Shown here piece by piece: positions 23,441-36,956 of a stretch of DNA of 64,000 bases. Source of the DNA: Octopus sinensis (lineage: Eukaryota). The stretch lies in contig NC_043002.1 of the NCBI RefSeq assembly GCF_006345805.1, forward strand, positions 45,694,001 through 45,758,000, written 5' to 3'. The notes beneath the pieces are model-generated. The model searched no databases. It was given only the letters and a program-made list of their open reading frames with translations, and was not told where the DNA came from. Numbering within the stretch: the first letter of the stretch is position 1; each line of letters starts with the position of its first letter. The translations under genes were made by a program, and so were the position numbers.

Positions 23441-26400
23441 GTTTAATTTGGCAAGCAATCTTTTGATTGAGCTCCAACAAAAAAAAAAAAAAATTATCAG
23501 TTAGTTTAAAAGCTTCGATGTTATCTATTTTTTTCTCTGGTTGTTATCTAATCACATACATTTGCTTCTACAACACAAGTTATTACATTGTTGTACATTA
23601 TTCTTAAGACATTTCTACAAAATAAATTATCTAAGTAACCTATCGATGTACATTCCCACAAACATATCATCATCATCATCATCATCATCATTTACTGTCC
23701 AATTTCCATGCTGGCATTTGTTGGATGGTTTGACTGGAACAGTTGTCTGTTTTAGCTTGGTTTCTACAGCTGGATGCCCTTCCTAACATCAATACTTTAC
23801 GGAGTGAATTGGATGCTTGTTTTCATGTCACTGGCACAGTTGCCTTTTACATGTCACTGGCACTTAGCTTGATGTGTCTTCCCAAGCACAGCAACTCAGC
23901 AGAAGTCTCAGTCACTTGTCATAACCTCTGTGAAGCTCAACAACTGAAGATCATATATCACTACTTCGTCTCATGGCTTCCTAGGTCTACCCCTTCCACA
24001 GGTTCCCTCCACATTTACATAAACACATCTATGTAGCACATTTATGTAAGCTTTATCTGAATTGACATCGAAAATAATATCTGTTATTTTCACTTTAGTA
24101 TTTTGTACATCTGACTTCTGCCCTATTTTAATCTGTACTTATAAACTTAATGAATGTATTATTTTACCAATCAGGTGGAAGAGATCTCGTTTTTTTTTTT
24201 TTTGTTGTTGGTGTTTAGGGTAAATTATACATAAACAGTTATTGTTGTTATATGGATCTACAAACAACTTTTTAATTTCCTAAAATTGGTAACCTTGAAA
24301 TTTAAACAAAACAGACTTGTTTCTGTTTTAACAGCTACAAATCAGCATACAAATGATGACTCAAAACCACAGGCATTTTTGTTGTTTGGAACAACAAAAT
24401 ATGCTTTATGAAATTTTGACACAGTCAAGCACATTTTTTTTTTTTACAATAATCACTAAAAAAATTCCCTGTTTAGCACATAATACTACTAACTGCTCAA
24501 GTTATTTTAGCCAACTGACCACTTAAAGCAGTTTTTTTTTTGCCTGTCAACTCAGCTCACTATTTTTCACCATTTGAAGGCCAACTCTTGCCTCTGTACA
24601 ACTTTGCTTCAGCTAGAAACAACAGAAATGAACAAAAATGCAACAATCACCAATCATATAACTTTAGATCCTCATTGAAAAGATGTAATAAGTGACGTGG
24701 TGTACATAACAAAATTCTTTATAGGAGGAGAGAAAAATGTTGAAATATGACAAACATGTTTTATAAGAAAGGCATTTTTTAATTGTTTTTTTTCTCTTTC
24801 TGTACGTTCCCTTTAGTTTATCACTAATGCTATTGTCAATAAACTGCTCATCATTATCACTATTTTCTTTTGTTTTTCAAGTCAATGCAATGCAGTATTA
24901 CTACAATTTTTTTTACATGGAAATACCTCAAGGACAGAATATGACAAATGTGAAATTAAGTTAAGAAAAGAAAAATGAGCATCCATAGAATTACTGCTGA
25001 CTTAGAATTCTACTGCAGCATTTAAGCAGAATTACTGCAAGGCTCATGTAATTGTTGATGTCTTGGATGGTTTTTTATTCAGTTAATTCTTCCCAGCAGA
25101 TAGAACTGTTTATATTTTTTTCTTTAATCTGTAATTAGGTACAAGTTCATGATCACAAGATCTTAGTTTCGATTTCAGGACTGAGTGGTGCACTGTGCTC
25201 TTGAGCAAAACACTTCATCTCACATTGTTCTGTGATCACTTTGATATCTGACGAGTGGCACATCCTGTACCTAGACAGGCATACTATAAACAAATAACCA
25301 TGCAGGTTGTTCAGCAAGAAATTGCAAAAGCTTCATCAGCTGTTTATGACAGAAGAATCCACCAACTTCAATTTTGTGCTTTAAACATGCATCTTCATAG
25401 TCTATCAACCAGCAATATGTATCTTCCTTGTGTGCATACATATGGATGTCTAAACCTTATTTATTTATTGTTTAGTTGATCCACTACCTAATGTCAATTC
25501 CTACTTGAATAATATGTTAATCTAATCCTTGAAATCTTTTCATCCCAGGGAAAAACATGTTTAGCTTCCAGAATTCAGGACATTGTACATTGGTCTCATG
25601 TAAATTGACCAAACAGATTATGAATTTGTGAACCCAGGAGTCAGATGCTTGAAACTGAACCACTTTCACTGGACAAAAATGCTAAGTATGGCCTGAATGA
25701 CCCACTGCAGTTTACTCAAACCCACATTGCACATCAGAAAAAATTCAGGCGCAGGAGTGGCTGTGTGGTAAGTAGCTTGCTTACCAACCACATGGTTCCG
25801 GGTTCAGTCCCAATGCGTGGCATCTTGGGTAAGTGTCTTCTGCTATAGCCTTGGGCTGACCAATGCCTTGTGAGTGGATTTGGTAGACGGAAACTGAAAG
25901 AAGCCTGTCGTATATATGTATATATATATATATGTATGTGTCTGTATATGTTTGTGTGTCTGTGTTTGACAACCAATGCTGGTGAGTTTATGTCCCTGTC
26001 ACTTAGCGGTTCGGCAAAAGAGACCGATAGAATAAGTACTGGGCTTACAAAGAATAAGTCCTGGGGTCGATTTGCTCGACTAAAAGGCGGTGCTCCAGCA
26101 TTGCCGCAGTCAAATTACTGAAATAAGTAAAAGAGTAAAGAGTAAAAGAGGTAATATCTATCTGCCTGAGCAGGTTTGCAGGGCTATGCCCTTGCAGTTT
26201 CTGCAGGCATCCAAAATGTCAAATTAAACACTTAATGAAACTAATGAGTGAGATGTTCTTGCACATGTCAAAGCAGTAAAAAAAAAAAAAAAAAAAAGAC
26301 TAGTGACTCATCTCCAACTGAGGAGTACATAGCCACTTGTCTGAAAATCCTCCTCTGTACCTTCCCTGCTGTTTATGTTCATGTCACTGATCTGAAAGAT

Positions 26401-26511
26401 CATGCTTTCCTCAAAATTCAGAACTTTCTGAAACAGCTCTGCTCATACCATTTATTGAAGCTGACTGTGAAAGGTATAAATCAGTGTTGTCAACTGGAAG
26501 AAGAATGAGTG

Positions 26512-26677
26512 CAGGGCCGGCTCAAGGTACCAGCAATTTAAGCAGTTACCTGAGGTACCATGTGCTAAGGGGCACCAAGGAGAGCATGACAAAGACAAGG
26601 AAATTTCCACAACTGTCAGCTTGTACACACTGACATTGAGCTTGCCCAGGATGCCAGCAACCCTAGGGCTGGCCCTG
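26512..26677. mobile_element. hAT-type MITE (166 bp)
   Basis: TIR CAGGGCCGGC / GCTGGCCCTG; 8-bp TSD AATGAGTG / AATGAATG. Confidence 0.8.
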
Positions 26678-28028
26678 AATGAATGAATGTATTTTAGAAA
26701 ACCTGATCTTGCTGATGGTTACCTTTTGCAGATTCAATGACCTGAGGCCATTGAGCAGGTGCCCTTTCATCCATGCAAACCCCAGGCCTTGTGAATTTTT
26801 ACAGTCTATTCTTAGTATGGCCATGTAAGGAGGATAAGAAGAAAGTGAAAAAAAAAATAGGTGAAAGAACGGTTTATTTTCCTGGTCAAGAGATAATTTT
26901 TTTTAGGAGCCCTTCAAAGAGTCCTCCAATATTCTCTTATTCAGGACAATTTTTTAAATCTCCAGTATCATGTGGGGAATCTTATGAAAAGAATTTATTC
27001 ACTCTTTGAACAGTTACCTCAAGAAGTCTGTTTGTGTGCATGTGTGTCTTTAATATGGCAGGTTCATCAAAGCTCTCATCAGCTGTAAAGATTTCAACCT
27101 TGTGTGTTTAAAACTCATCATATTCTAGTTCTCCATTCAGATAATACTGTAGTTGAGTGATACATCTGTACCATGTTGTTTCTACTTTTGTTGTATGTCT
27201 TATGGTGTGATTGTGGCAGTCTATTTTTCCTCTGCTGTTGTTATTTACTATGGCAATTGTTATCATTGTCATTATCATCATTGTTATTATTGGCTTGTTG
27301 GCTTGCTTAGCTTGCTTTCGTGCTGTCAAAGCTTTCGATGTTAAGTGTTAATTTACTTCCCCTGACCTGACCCTCTTCCTTGATGATTGCTCCTCTCCAA
27401 CATTTTCTTGATGCTTTTTAATCATCTTCAATATCTTCGTGATCATAGATATCTGAGGATGTTGATGCTTTGTCAATGTTTTCATACATTTCTTTCTGTT
27501 GGTCATGATGGTGATGATAATGATGAGCTTCTTTAGTCAATGAGTAAATTTAACTGAATGAGAAATCCAGTGGGTTAATTAATTAACCAAGAAGTTCATA
27601 AGTTCTTTTTACATGCGCAAGCTTATCCCAAGGCCTGTATTTCAGAATACATTTTTGAACAGTGTGGCAGAGACACACATTAGGTAGGGCTTCATCTGAA
27701 AATCCTACAAAGGCTTATAATATATTGCATTCAGTTTACAGTGACGCTGAAATACTGGGTGCAACACGATTATCAGTCATTTTATCATAAAATAACAAGT
27801 TTTAGGTTTTGGTTTATGAAAGTTTACAGTCTGATTGTTATATTTATTGACTGTATTTTACATATATTTGCAATTCAAAATGGCCATCCTTTGCCTTCAC
27901 CATAGCCCTTAACCTTTTTTCAACTGAAGTGCATGCATATTTACCAGTTACACAACAAGTAAATGTATATGCCACATCCAGTTGATAGGATTGTTAGCAC
28001 TGATGGAATTACTGTGTCTTAAGCTTAC

Positions 28029-28290
28029 AAATGTTATTAAGCAAACTATTGCAGACATTCAACAGATGTTCTGTGAGGGTACCAGTTTTCCAAACCTCAG
28101 TTAGAATATTGTTCCAACCAGCAGCTTTGATATTTGTGATATGTACTCCACATCCTGCAAGATTTTTGTTTGTGCAATTGTTTGTATTTATTAGTAGACC
28201 TTCATCTACGACTTGCTGGATTGGTGCTTTAGTGACATCAGGTATTCGACTAAGAAGTATTTTTTTCCATTTGGTAACATGTTCTTAGGG
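28029..28290 (-). mobile_element. RTE-clade LINE ORF2 fragment (pre-RT region)
   Basis: Minus frame ..KWKKILL..ITNIKAAGWNNILTEVWKTGTLTEHLLNVCN, equivalent to the RTE KAxGxDxIPxEVWK motif. Confidence 0.8.
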
Positions 28291-28401
28291 TTTGTTCCAT
28301 TTGACAATAATGCCCTCAAGATTCCTATTGTGCAATAGTGAAGAATTGAAGAAAAATAACTTCCAGCATTTTAGTGTGTGCGCATGTGTGTATGTACATG
28401 C

Positions 28402-28505
<104 letters not shown>

Positions 28506-29170
28506 AAGGTAGATAAACTCAGGCTTGTGACACACTTACACAGAACACAAAATACAGATTACAAAAGAAATACAGGAAACAAAAGAGAAGAGAAAAGCTA
28601 AGACTCTACTTAATTCTTCTCTTCTATTTGGGTTTCTTTTCTTTTTATTTTATAATTTGTATTTTGTGCTCCATTTAAATACATGTTTCAAACCTAACTG
28701 TGTCTTTCTACCTTACTATCAACATAACAGCTCTGATAAAAATTTTTCTTATGGCCAACTTTCAAGGCCAATGTGCTGGCCCTGGATGAAGAGGTTGGAG
28801 TATAAGTTCCCATCTATTTGAGCACTACTCTGTGTTGTCTATAGTAAGCTTATGTTGCTTTCACCTATTCTCTCTTTAAATATATATATATGCAGGGTTC
28901 AATGGGAAAATTGTCACCATTTTATATTTGTAATTTTGTGTATACTCTTTACTCTTTCTCTTTTACTTGTTTCAGTCATTTGACTGCGGCCATTCTGGAG
29001 CACAGCCTTTAGTCAAGCATATCGACCCCGGGACTTATTCTTTGTAAGCCCAGTACTTATTCTATCGGTCTCTTTTGCCGAACCGCTAAGTAACGGGGTC
29101 ATAAACACACCAGTATCGGTTGTCAAGCAATGCTAGGGGGACAAACACAGGCACACAAACACACACATGC

Positions 29171-29229
<59 letters not shown>

Positions 29230-29573
29230 TACGACGGGCTTCTTTCAGTTTCCGTCTACCAAATCCACTCGCAAGGTTTTGGTCGGCCCGAGGCTATAGT
29301 AGAAGACACTTGCCCAAGGTGCCACGCAGTGCGACTGAACCCGGAACCATGTGGTTGGTAAACAAGCTACTTACCACACAGCCACTCCTGTGCCTGTATG
29401 TGCATTGTTTGTTTTTGATTTTGTCAATTACATAGTATAGTCAGTAAAGTCAGTTGGGCACTGTCTGTAAGAAAAGCAGCACCATGATGCAATTCTCTCA
29501 GCCAGAAATTTGGAAACAACATGCTGTACTGCTTGGTATTTGCACCAGAAGCTCCAATACATACATTTCAGAG

Positions 29574-29784
29574 GCTGCAAGCTGGCAGAAACATAAGCAC
29601 ACCGGGCAAAATGCTTAGCAGTATTTCCCCTGTCTTTATGTTCTGAGTTCACATTCCACCAAGGTCGACTTTGGCTTTCATACTTTCGGGGTCGATAAAT
29701 TAAGTACTAGTTTTGTACTGGGGTTGATCTAATTGACTGGACCCCTCCCCCCAAATTTCAGGCCTTGTACCTAGAGAAGAAAAG
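29574..29784 (+). mobile_element. tRNA-headed SINE family C (other copies ~10665-10860, 11107-11295, 43265-43493, 44505-44950 on +; 35365-35580, 53335-53560, 59640-59870 on -)
   Basis: AGCTGGCAGAA / GAGTTCA(A/C)ATTCC boxes; 18-bp TSD AATACATACATTTCAGAG at 29556-29573 and 29785-29802. Confidence 0.9.
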
Positions 29785-30379
29785 AATACATACATTTCAG
29801 AGTGTTTGGGTGTCAATCTGAGGACATGTACTGAAGGTGATAAAAATCAAACATCTAGTTAACAACATGATGTTTGGAGTGACCACTAGCGATGGTAACA
29901 TTATGCCACTATTCATCTTCCAGCACAGCCTCAGACTCAACATGGAGGCCTACATCAAGTGCCTGAAGGAGGTAGTGCTGCCGTGGACCAAGGAGGTGGC
30001 TGCTGGAAGACCCTATGTCTGGCAACAGGACTCTGCACCATAATATACAAGCAGGAGAACCCAGTCATGGTTCTCAGGCAATTTCTGTGACCACATCACC
30101 TGTAACAGCTGGCCACCTAACCCCACCAGACTGCTTATTATTTGTTGGGTACAGTTGAGTAAGAGACCAAGAAAACTTCTTGTAACACCAAAGAGGAACT
30201 GAAGGCAAGGATTATGGCAAAAATTCACCAACTTAAACAAGGAGACTGTCCAGAAGAGTTGCACGAGATTCCAAAGTTGTCTGGAGGTCATGGTTGATGC
30301 CAAATGCGATTTAATTGAATAAATTTTTTCTTTAGTATTTCAAGATATTTTTATGTAATTTTGGTAAACATATCTATTA

Positions 30380-31664
30380 TTAGGTTGTCAAAAAAGTTCT
30401 TGTGGAATTTTTAATTTTGGTTTTAAATGATGTATTTTCAAATTAATTTTCATTAAATTACTTTGACTTTATATATCATTTTAAAGCCCGCTTTTCACTC
30501 TATCTAATCGTGTTACTCTTTTTCTTTTTGAATAAAGGCCATTTTTTCTGGAACATTGAATACAACATGGACAAAAAGCAAATTTTACACAATTTTTTAA
30601 ATTCCAGTTCAAGCTAGGCCGAAAAGCTGCTGAAATAGCTCGCAATATCAATGATGCATTTGGCCCAGGAACCACTAATGAATGTACAGCACAATGGTGG
30701 TTCAAGAAATTTTGTAGCAATGACGAGAGTCTTGAAGATGATAAGCGTAGTGGTTGGCTATTGGATGTTGACAATGATCAGCTATGAGCCTTAGCTGAAG
30801 CCAATCCATGCACAGCTGTTCAAGAGCTTTCTTTTGAATTAGATGTGACGTTTATGACAATTTCCAACCACTTGAAAAAGACTGGAAAAACAAAATACTT
30901 GAGAAATAGGTGCCACACGAATTGAACGACAACCAAAAAAAATGCTGTTTTGAAGTGTTTTCTTCCCTTCTTTTACGCAACAAGAACGACCTGTTTCTTG
31001 ACTGGATTGTGACTTGTGATGAAACGTGGATTCTTTACAACAACTGGTGACGCTCAGCTCATTGGTTGGACACCGACGAAGCTCCACAGCACTTCCCGAA
31101 GCCAAAGTTGCACCAAAAGAAGGTCATGGCGACTGTTTGGTGGTTTGTGGCCAGTCTCATCCATCACAGCTTTTTGGATCCAGGCGAAACCCTTACGATG
31201 GAGAAGTACTGTCAGCAAATGGATAAAATGTATAAGAAACTCCGACAACAACAGCCAGCATTGGTCAATAGAAAAGGACCAATTCTTCTCCATGACAACG
31301 CTCAGCTGCACGTCGCACAACCGACCCTGCAGAAGTTGAACAAATTGGGCTACGAAACTCTGCCTCATCTGCCATATTCACTAGACCTCTCGCCTACCGA
31401 CTACCACTTTTTCAAGCATCTCGACAACTTCTTGTGTGAGAAATGCTTCAAAAACCAAGACAATGCCAAACATGCCTTCAACGACTTCATCGCCACCAGA
31501 ACACAGGATTTTTACACTACTGGCATAAATAAACTTGTTTCGTGTTGGCAAAAGTGTGTTGATTCTGATGAAGTTTATTTCGATTAATAAAGTTTTGTTT
31601 GAGCTGAGATATGTGCATCTGAATTTAAAGGTTAAAAACCGTAAGAACTTTCTTGGCAGCCTAA
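30380..31664 (+). mobile_element. Full-length Hsmar1/SETMAR-like mariner (1285 bp), transposase with stops and frameshifts
   Basis: TIRs TTAGGTTGTCAAAAAAGTTCTT / AAGAACTTTCTTGGCAGCCTAA with TA TSD; ATG 30567 MDKKQI.., VTCDETW, LLHDNA, YSLDLSPTDYHFF, stop at 31587. Confidence 0.95.
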
Positions 31665-31731
31665 TAAAATGAGATGTCAGTGTTATTTTCATTTCTGTGT
31701 AATTTAGATGACAATTCATTCACCACACCCT

Positions 31732-31770
<39 letters not shown>

Positions 31771-31998
31771 CACACACATATATACAGTGTACTGTTGTGT
31801 GAAAAGTCCCTGGTTTAAAAGGTATTGCGAAAGGCCTAGTTGGAGGCCCAAACTTCCAAGTTCTTTTACAGGGCTTAGGAAAATTGAAGGACTGCTGCAG
31901 TAAGCGTGTGAATCTGAGAGAGGAATATGTTGAATAAAATCATAATTAACTGATCCTCTGTATTTTTTTTGTACCCAAAGCCAGGATCTTTGCAGAAC

Positions 31999-32046
<48 letters not shown>

Positions 32047-32663
32047 ATAAAAATTTAGGTTAGTTAAAATATATTTGTGACTTATTTCAACTTTATTGAA
32101 GTCAAATTCACTGAATTTACTGTGGACAAAAAAATATTCTCTCTAATGGTAAGAAGGTGGAAAATCACTGCATCTGTCCAGTGCTGCTGCCTGTCAGAAC
32201 CCCAGATGTGTTTCTAGCTCTTTAGCCATTATCAATGGGAAATACCAAAGAGAGTCAACTATGGAAAACACTATTAATAACATTGATTGAGCTGTACCAT
32301 TAGAACATCAGGTCAGTAAAAATTACTGCAGCATCAGTGTCAAGCAGTGTTTAGGCATAAGTGAATTTAGGTTAGTTAAATTATGCTTATGAGATATTTC
32401 AATTTCTAAAGGCAAATATGTATATACTATAATTATATATTATTATACAGTTATTATTATACTACAAGTCTTCCATAGCAGCTTTCTCTCAGTAACTTAC
32501 AAAGCCTTTCTGGTTTGTTTACAAATATTATATGTAGTATTAAACAGTTCAAGTATATATTCCTTAAACTTGGCTGAAATTGATGGGTGAGCATTTGGCC
32601 CAGTCGGATACACAAGGAGCCATTTTATCGTTGATTTGTGGGTATTTATGTATATATGTTTGC

Positions 32664-32698
<35 letters not shown>

Positions 32699-32700
32699 TT

Positions 32701-32947
32701 TAGCATAAAAGGAGAGAAGTATAAGTTTTACATATAGTTTATAATTTATTGTGCTCAACAGCTGTTTCATTAAGATGAACATCATTAAATGTATAATTAC
32801 ATAATTGGGATACATAATTAATTAGTTTAATTTAATATATTATGTATCACAATCATGTAACTAAACATTTAATGATGTTTATCTTAATGAAACAGCCATT
32901 GAGCACAATAAAGTATGTGAATTTCATGCCATTCTTCTCTTATGCTA
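32701..32947. mobile_element. Fold-back MITE-like hairpin
   Basis: Imperfect inverted repeat: TAGCATAA..GAGAAG / CTTCTCTTATGCTA ends; TTATTGTGCTCAA..CATTAAATGT pairs with ACATTTAATG..TTGAGCACAATAA. Confidence 0.6.
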
Positions 32948-33099
32948 ACTATACTGCTCTTAAAGATTATAATAATCACAGACATACCTATATACCAGTT
33001 GGCCCTACTTAGACTTACTACATGTTAGGGTATAATGACCTGTTGTTAACTAAGCTCTTAATTACGATAGATATACTTTTTGATGTTTGTACATGAATT

Positions 33100-33915
<816 letters not shown>

Positions 33916-34285
33916 GATCTCCTTAAGAATGTGGGTTACAGCAAAACTCTTTATTACCATTACAATTACTTCAAATGCTTCAAGTATTTCTTTAGCCAGT
34001 CACAAGAAAAAATTGCCACCACACAAAAAACACTGAAAGTATGACCAAAGAAGCAACATGGTTAATGTACCAAACCTGCTTGGCTCTCCTAGTCTGCTTA
34101 TTACCGAAGGTTAGAAGAATTATTTTATTTCACTATCATTCATAGTTGCATCCAATTGATTTTTATTTATCTTTCATTGACTCTTCAAATAATACATTTT
34201 AATATATTTGTGACATTAGACAGTTACATGCATTGACATATGGATATATATATATATAGTATATGTATATATAATAATGACAATC

Positions 34286-34321
<36 letters not shown>

Positions 34322-34543
34322 TTTTACTGAGCTTTCATTTGTCGTTCATGACAACAGAATCCATTATCATATGTATGTATGTGTATACATATGTATGTGT
34401 GTAAATATATATATATATATATATTTACTCACACATATATCATATGTATATACACACACATACACATACACACATATATATGTGTATATGTATATATGTG
34501 TGTGTCTGTGTGTGTGTATATATATACGTATGTATACATGTAC

Positions 34544-34594
<51 letters not shown>

Positions 34595-34885
34595 TATGCA
34601 CACCCACCACAAAACACACACACACACACATATATATATACACACTCACATATACAGAAGTATACATACAGAAATATATAAATGCATGCATCTGTATGTA
34701 CATACATACATATGCATACATACATGCATAGACATGGCTATATGATAAGAAGTTCCCACTTCAGTCCCACTGAGTGGCACCTTGAGCAAGTGTTTTTACT
34801 GTAGCCCTAGGCCAACCAATGTCTTGTAAGTTGGTTGGGTAGATGGAAACTAAGTGAAGCTAATTGTAAATACACACACACACAT

Positions 34886-34936
<51 letters not shown>

Positions 34937-35239
34937 AACACACACATACGTGGGTGTACTTGAGAAGACCCGTCAAGCCAAGTGTAATCGTAGTCATGGC
35001 TGGTACTGGTGGCATGTAAAAGGCACCCATGCTGGTAACACACATAGAAAGCACCCATGCCAGTAAATGTAAAAAGTACCCACTGCACTCTTGGAGTGGC
35101 TGACATTAGGAAGGGCATTCAGCTATGGAAATCAAGCCAAATCAGACTGGAACTTGGTACAGCTCTCTGGCTTACCAGTTCTAGTCTAACCATCCAACCC
35201 ATGCCAGCATGGAATGCAGATGCGAAATGATGATGATGA

Positions 35240-35324
<85 letters not shown>

Positions 35325-35933
35325 CACACACACACACCTAACACTCTATACACATATATATTTCTTTATTGCTTCCAGGGGACTAAACATATGGGGGACA
35401 AACAATGACAGACAAAGGGATTGAGTTGATTATATTGACCTCAGTGCGTAGCTGGTACTTATTGAATTGACCCTGAAGGGATGAAAGGCAAAGTCAACCT
35501 CAGTGGTATTTGAACTCAGAATGTAACAGCAGACGAAATACCACTAGGCATTTCACCCAGCATGTTAATGGTTCTCCCAGTACGTCACCCTTTATACATA
35601 CATATATATAGGAGCACTCCATTGGTTATGATGATGAAGGTCCCAGCTGATAGGATCACCGGAACAGCTTGCTCGTAAAATTAGCGTGTAAGTGACGGAG
35701 CAATCCACAGCCACGTGTACCCCTAATGTAGTTCTCAGGGAGATTCAGCATGACACAGGGTGTGACAAGGCTGGCCATTTGAAATACAGGTACAACTCAT
35801 TTTTGCCAGCTGAGTGGTCTGGAGCAACGGGAAATAAAGTTTCTTGCTCAAGGGCACAACACCCCGGGAATTGAACTGATGACCTTACAATCATGAGCTG
35901 AATGCCCTAACCACTAAGCCATGCGCCTGTATG

Positions 35934-35970
<37 letters not shown>

Positions 35971-36551
35971 TCACACATACGTATGTAAAGGAGGCATGGC
36001 TCAGTGGTTCGAGCATCAGGCTTACATACATGGAAACATTCATACATACATGCATATAAACATATATACATGCATATATGGTGGCTGTTGACTTTCTGTC
36101 AAGTATGACAACATATTGTACTACTTTCTTTCCTCTTAAAACTATAGTGTCACTTTGACATGTGTTTTAAAATGACACACACACTGATGCACACATACAT
36201 ACTTATATACATGTATACATACATACACAGGCATGCACATACATACATACACACATACATACATACATACATACATACATACATACATACATACATACAT
36301 ACATACATACATACATACATACATACATACATACATACATACATACACAAATGTATGCATACATACATTCATACATACATGATGGCAAGCATGACCATTG
36401 CTGACAGCTAAATATCAGCTATACTCGTGTACAACACCACAACTCTCACCAGCAATACCTAAAAGTCCAGAGACAAACAAAGTGTTAGCCTTCTTCAAGA
36501 GGGATGCCTTAATGAAGACAAGGGGTCCCTCACTACCAAGTATTTCTACAT

Positions 36552-36956
36552 AGGTACAGTAGTGGCTGTGTAGTAAGTAGCTTGCTTACCAACCACATGG
36601 TTCCGGGTTCAGTCCCACTGCATGGCACCTTGGGCAAGTGTCTTCTACTATAGTCTTGGGCTGACCAAAACCTTGTGAATGGATTTGGTAGACGGAAACT
36701 GAAAGAAGCCTCTCGTATATATGTATATGTATATATGTGTGTGTGTTTGTGTGTCTGTGTTTGTCCTCCAACATCACTTGACAACCGATGCTGGTGTGTT
36801 TACGTCCCTGTAACTTAGTAGTTTGGCAAAAAAGACTGATATAATAAGTACTAGGCTTACAAAGAATAAGTCCCGGGGTCGATTTGCTCGACTAGAAGCA
36901 GTGCTCTAGCATGGCCGCAGTCAAATGACTGAGACAAGTAAAAGAGTAAAGAGTAT
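36552..36956 (+). mobile_element. tRNA-headed SINE family A (other near-full copies ~3581-3986 -, 8228-8600 +, 25748-26150 +, 28944-29394 -, 37495-37860 -, 38240-38635 -, 42800-43165 +)
   Basis: A box TGGCTGTG(T/G).G, B box GGTTCAGTCC, internal (TA/TG)n, (AAAGAGT)n tail; perfect 16-bp TSD CCAAGTATTTCTACAT at 36536-36551 and 36957-36972. Confidence 0.92.

Larger units (their letters stand above)
28893..31732 (+). mobile_element. Internally deleted DD37D/maT-like Tc1-mariner element hosting nested insertions
   Basis: Ends CAGGGT..AATTGTCA (28893) and TGACAATT..CACCCTG-TA (31732); peptide remnants ISECLGVNLRT, DGNIMPLFIF, VLPW, WQQDSAP, WPPNP; family assigned from motifs, D-D spacing not countable. 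Confidence 0.7.

Noticed and set aside
25255-25479. 74-aa ORF and a minus-strand CTGATGA near 25333
   Set aside because: It starts inside a SINE tail, has no splice support, and lacks a GAAA half-core or stems for a ribozyme.
28021-28290. Open minus-strand frame ending at a good GTAAGC donor, a possible partner exon for the 27.4-kb tail
   Set aside because: The peptide matches the RTE LINE KAxG..EVWK region, so it is treated as a TE remnant; exonisation is unproven.
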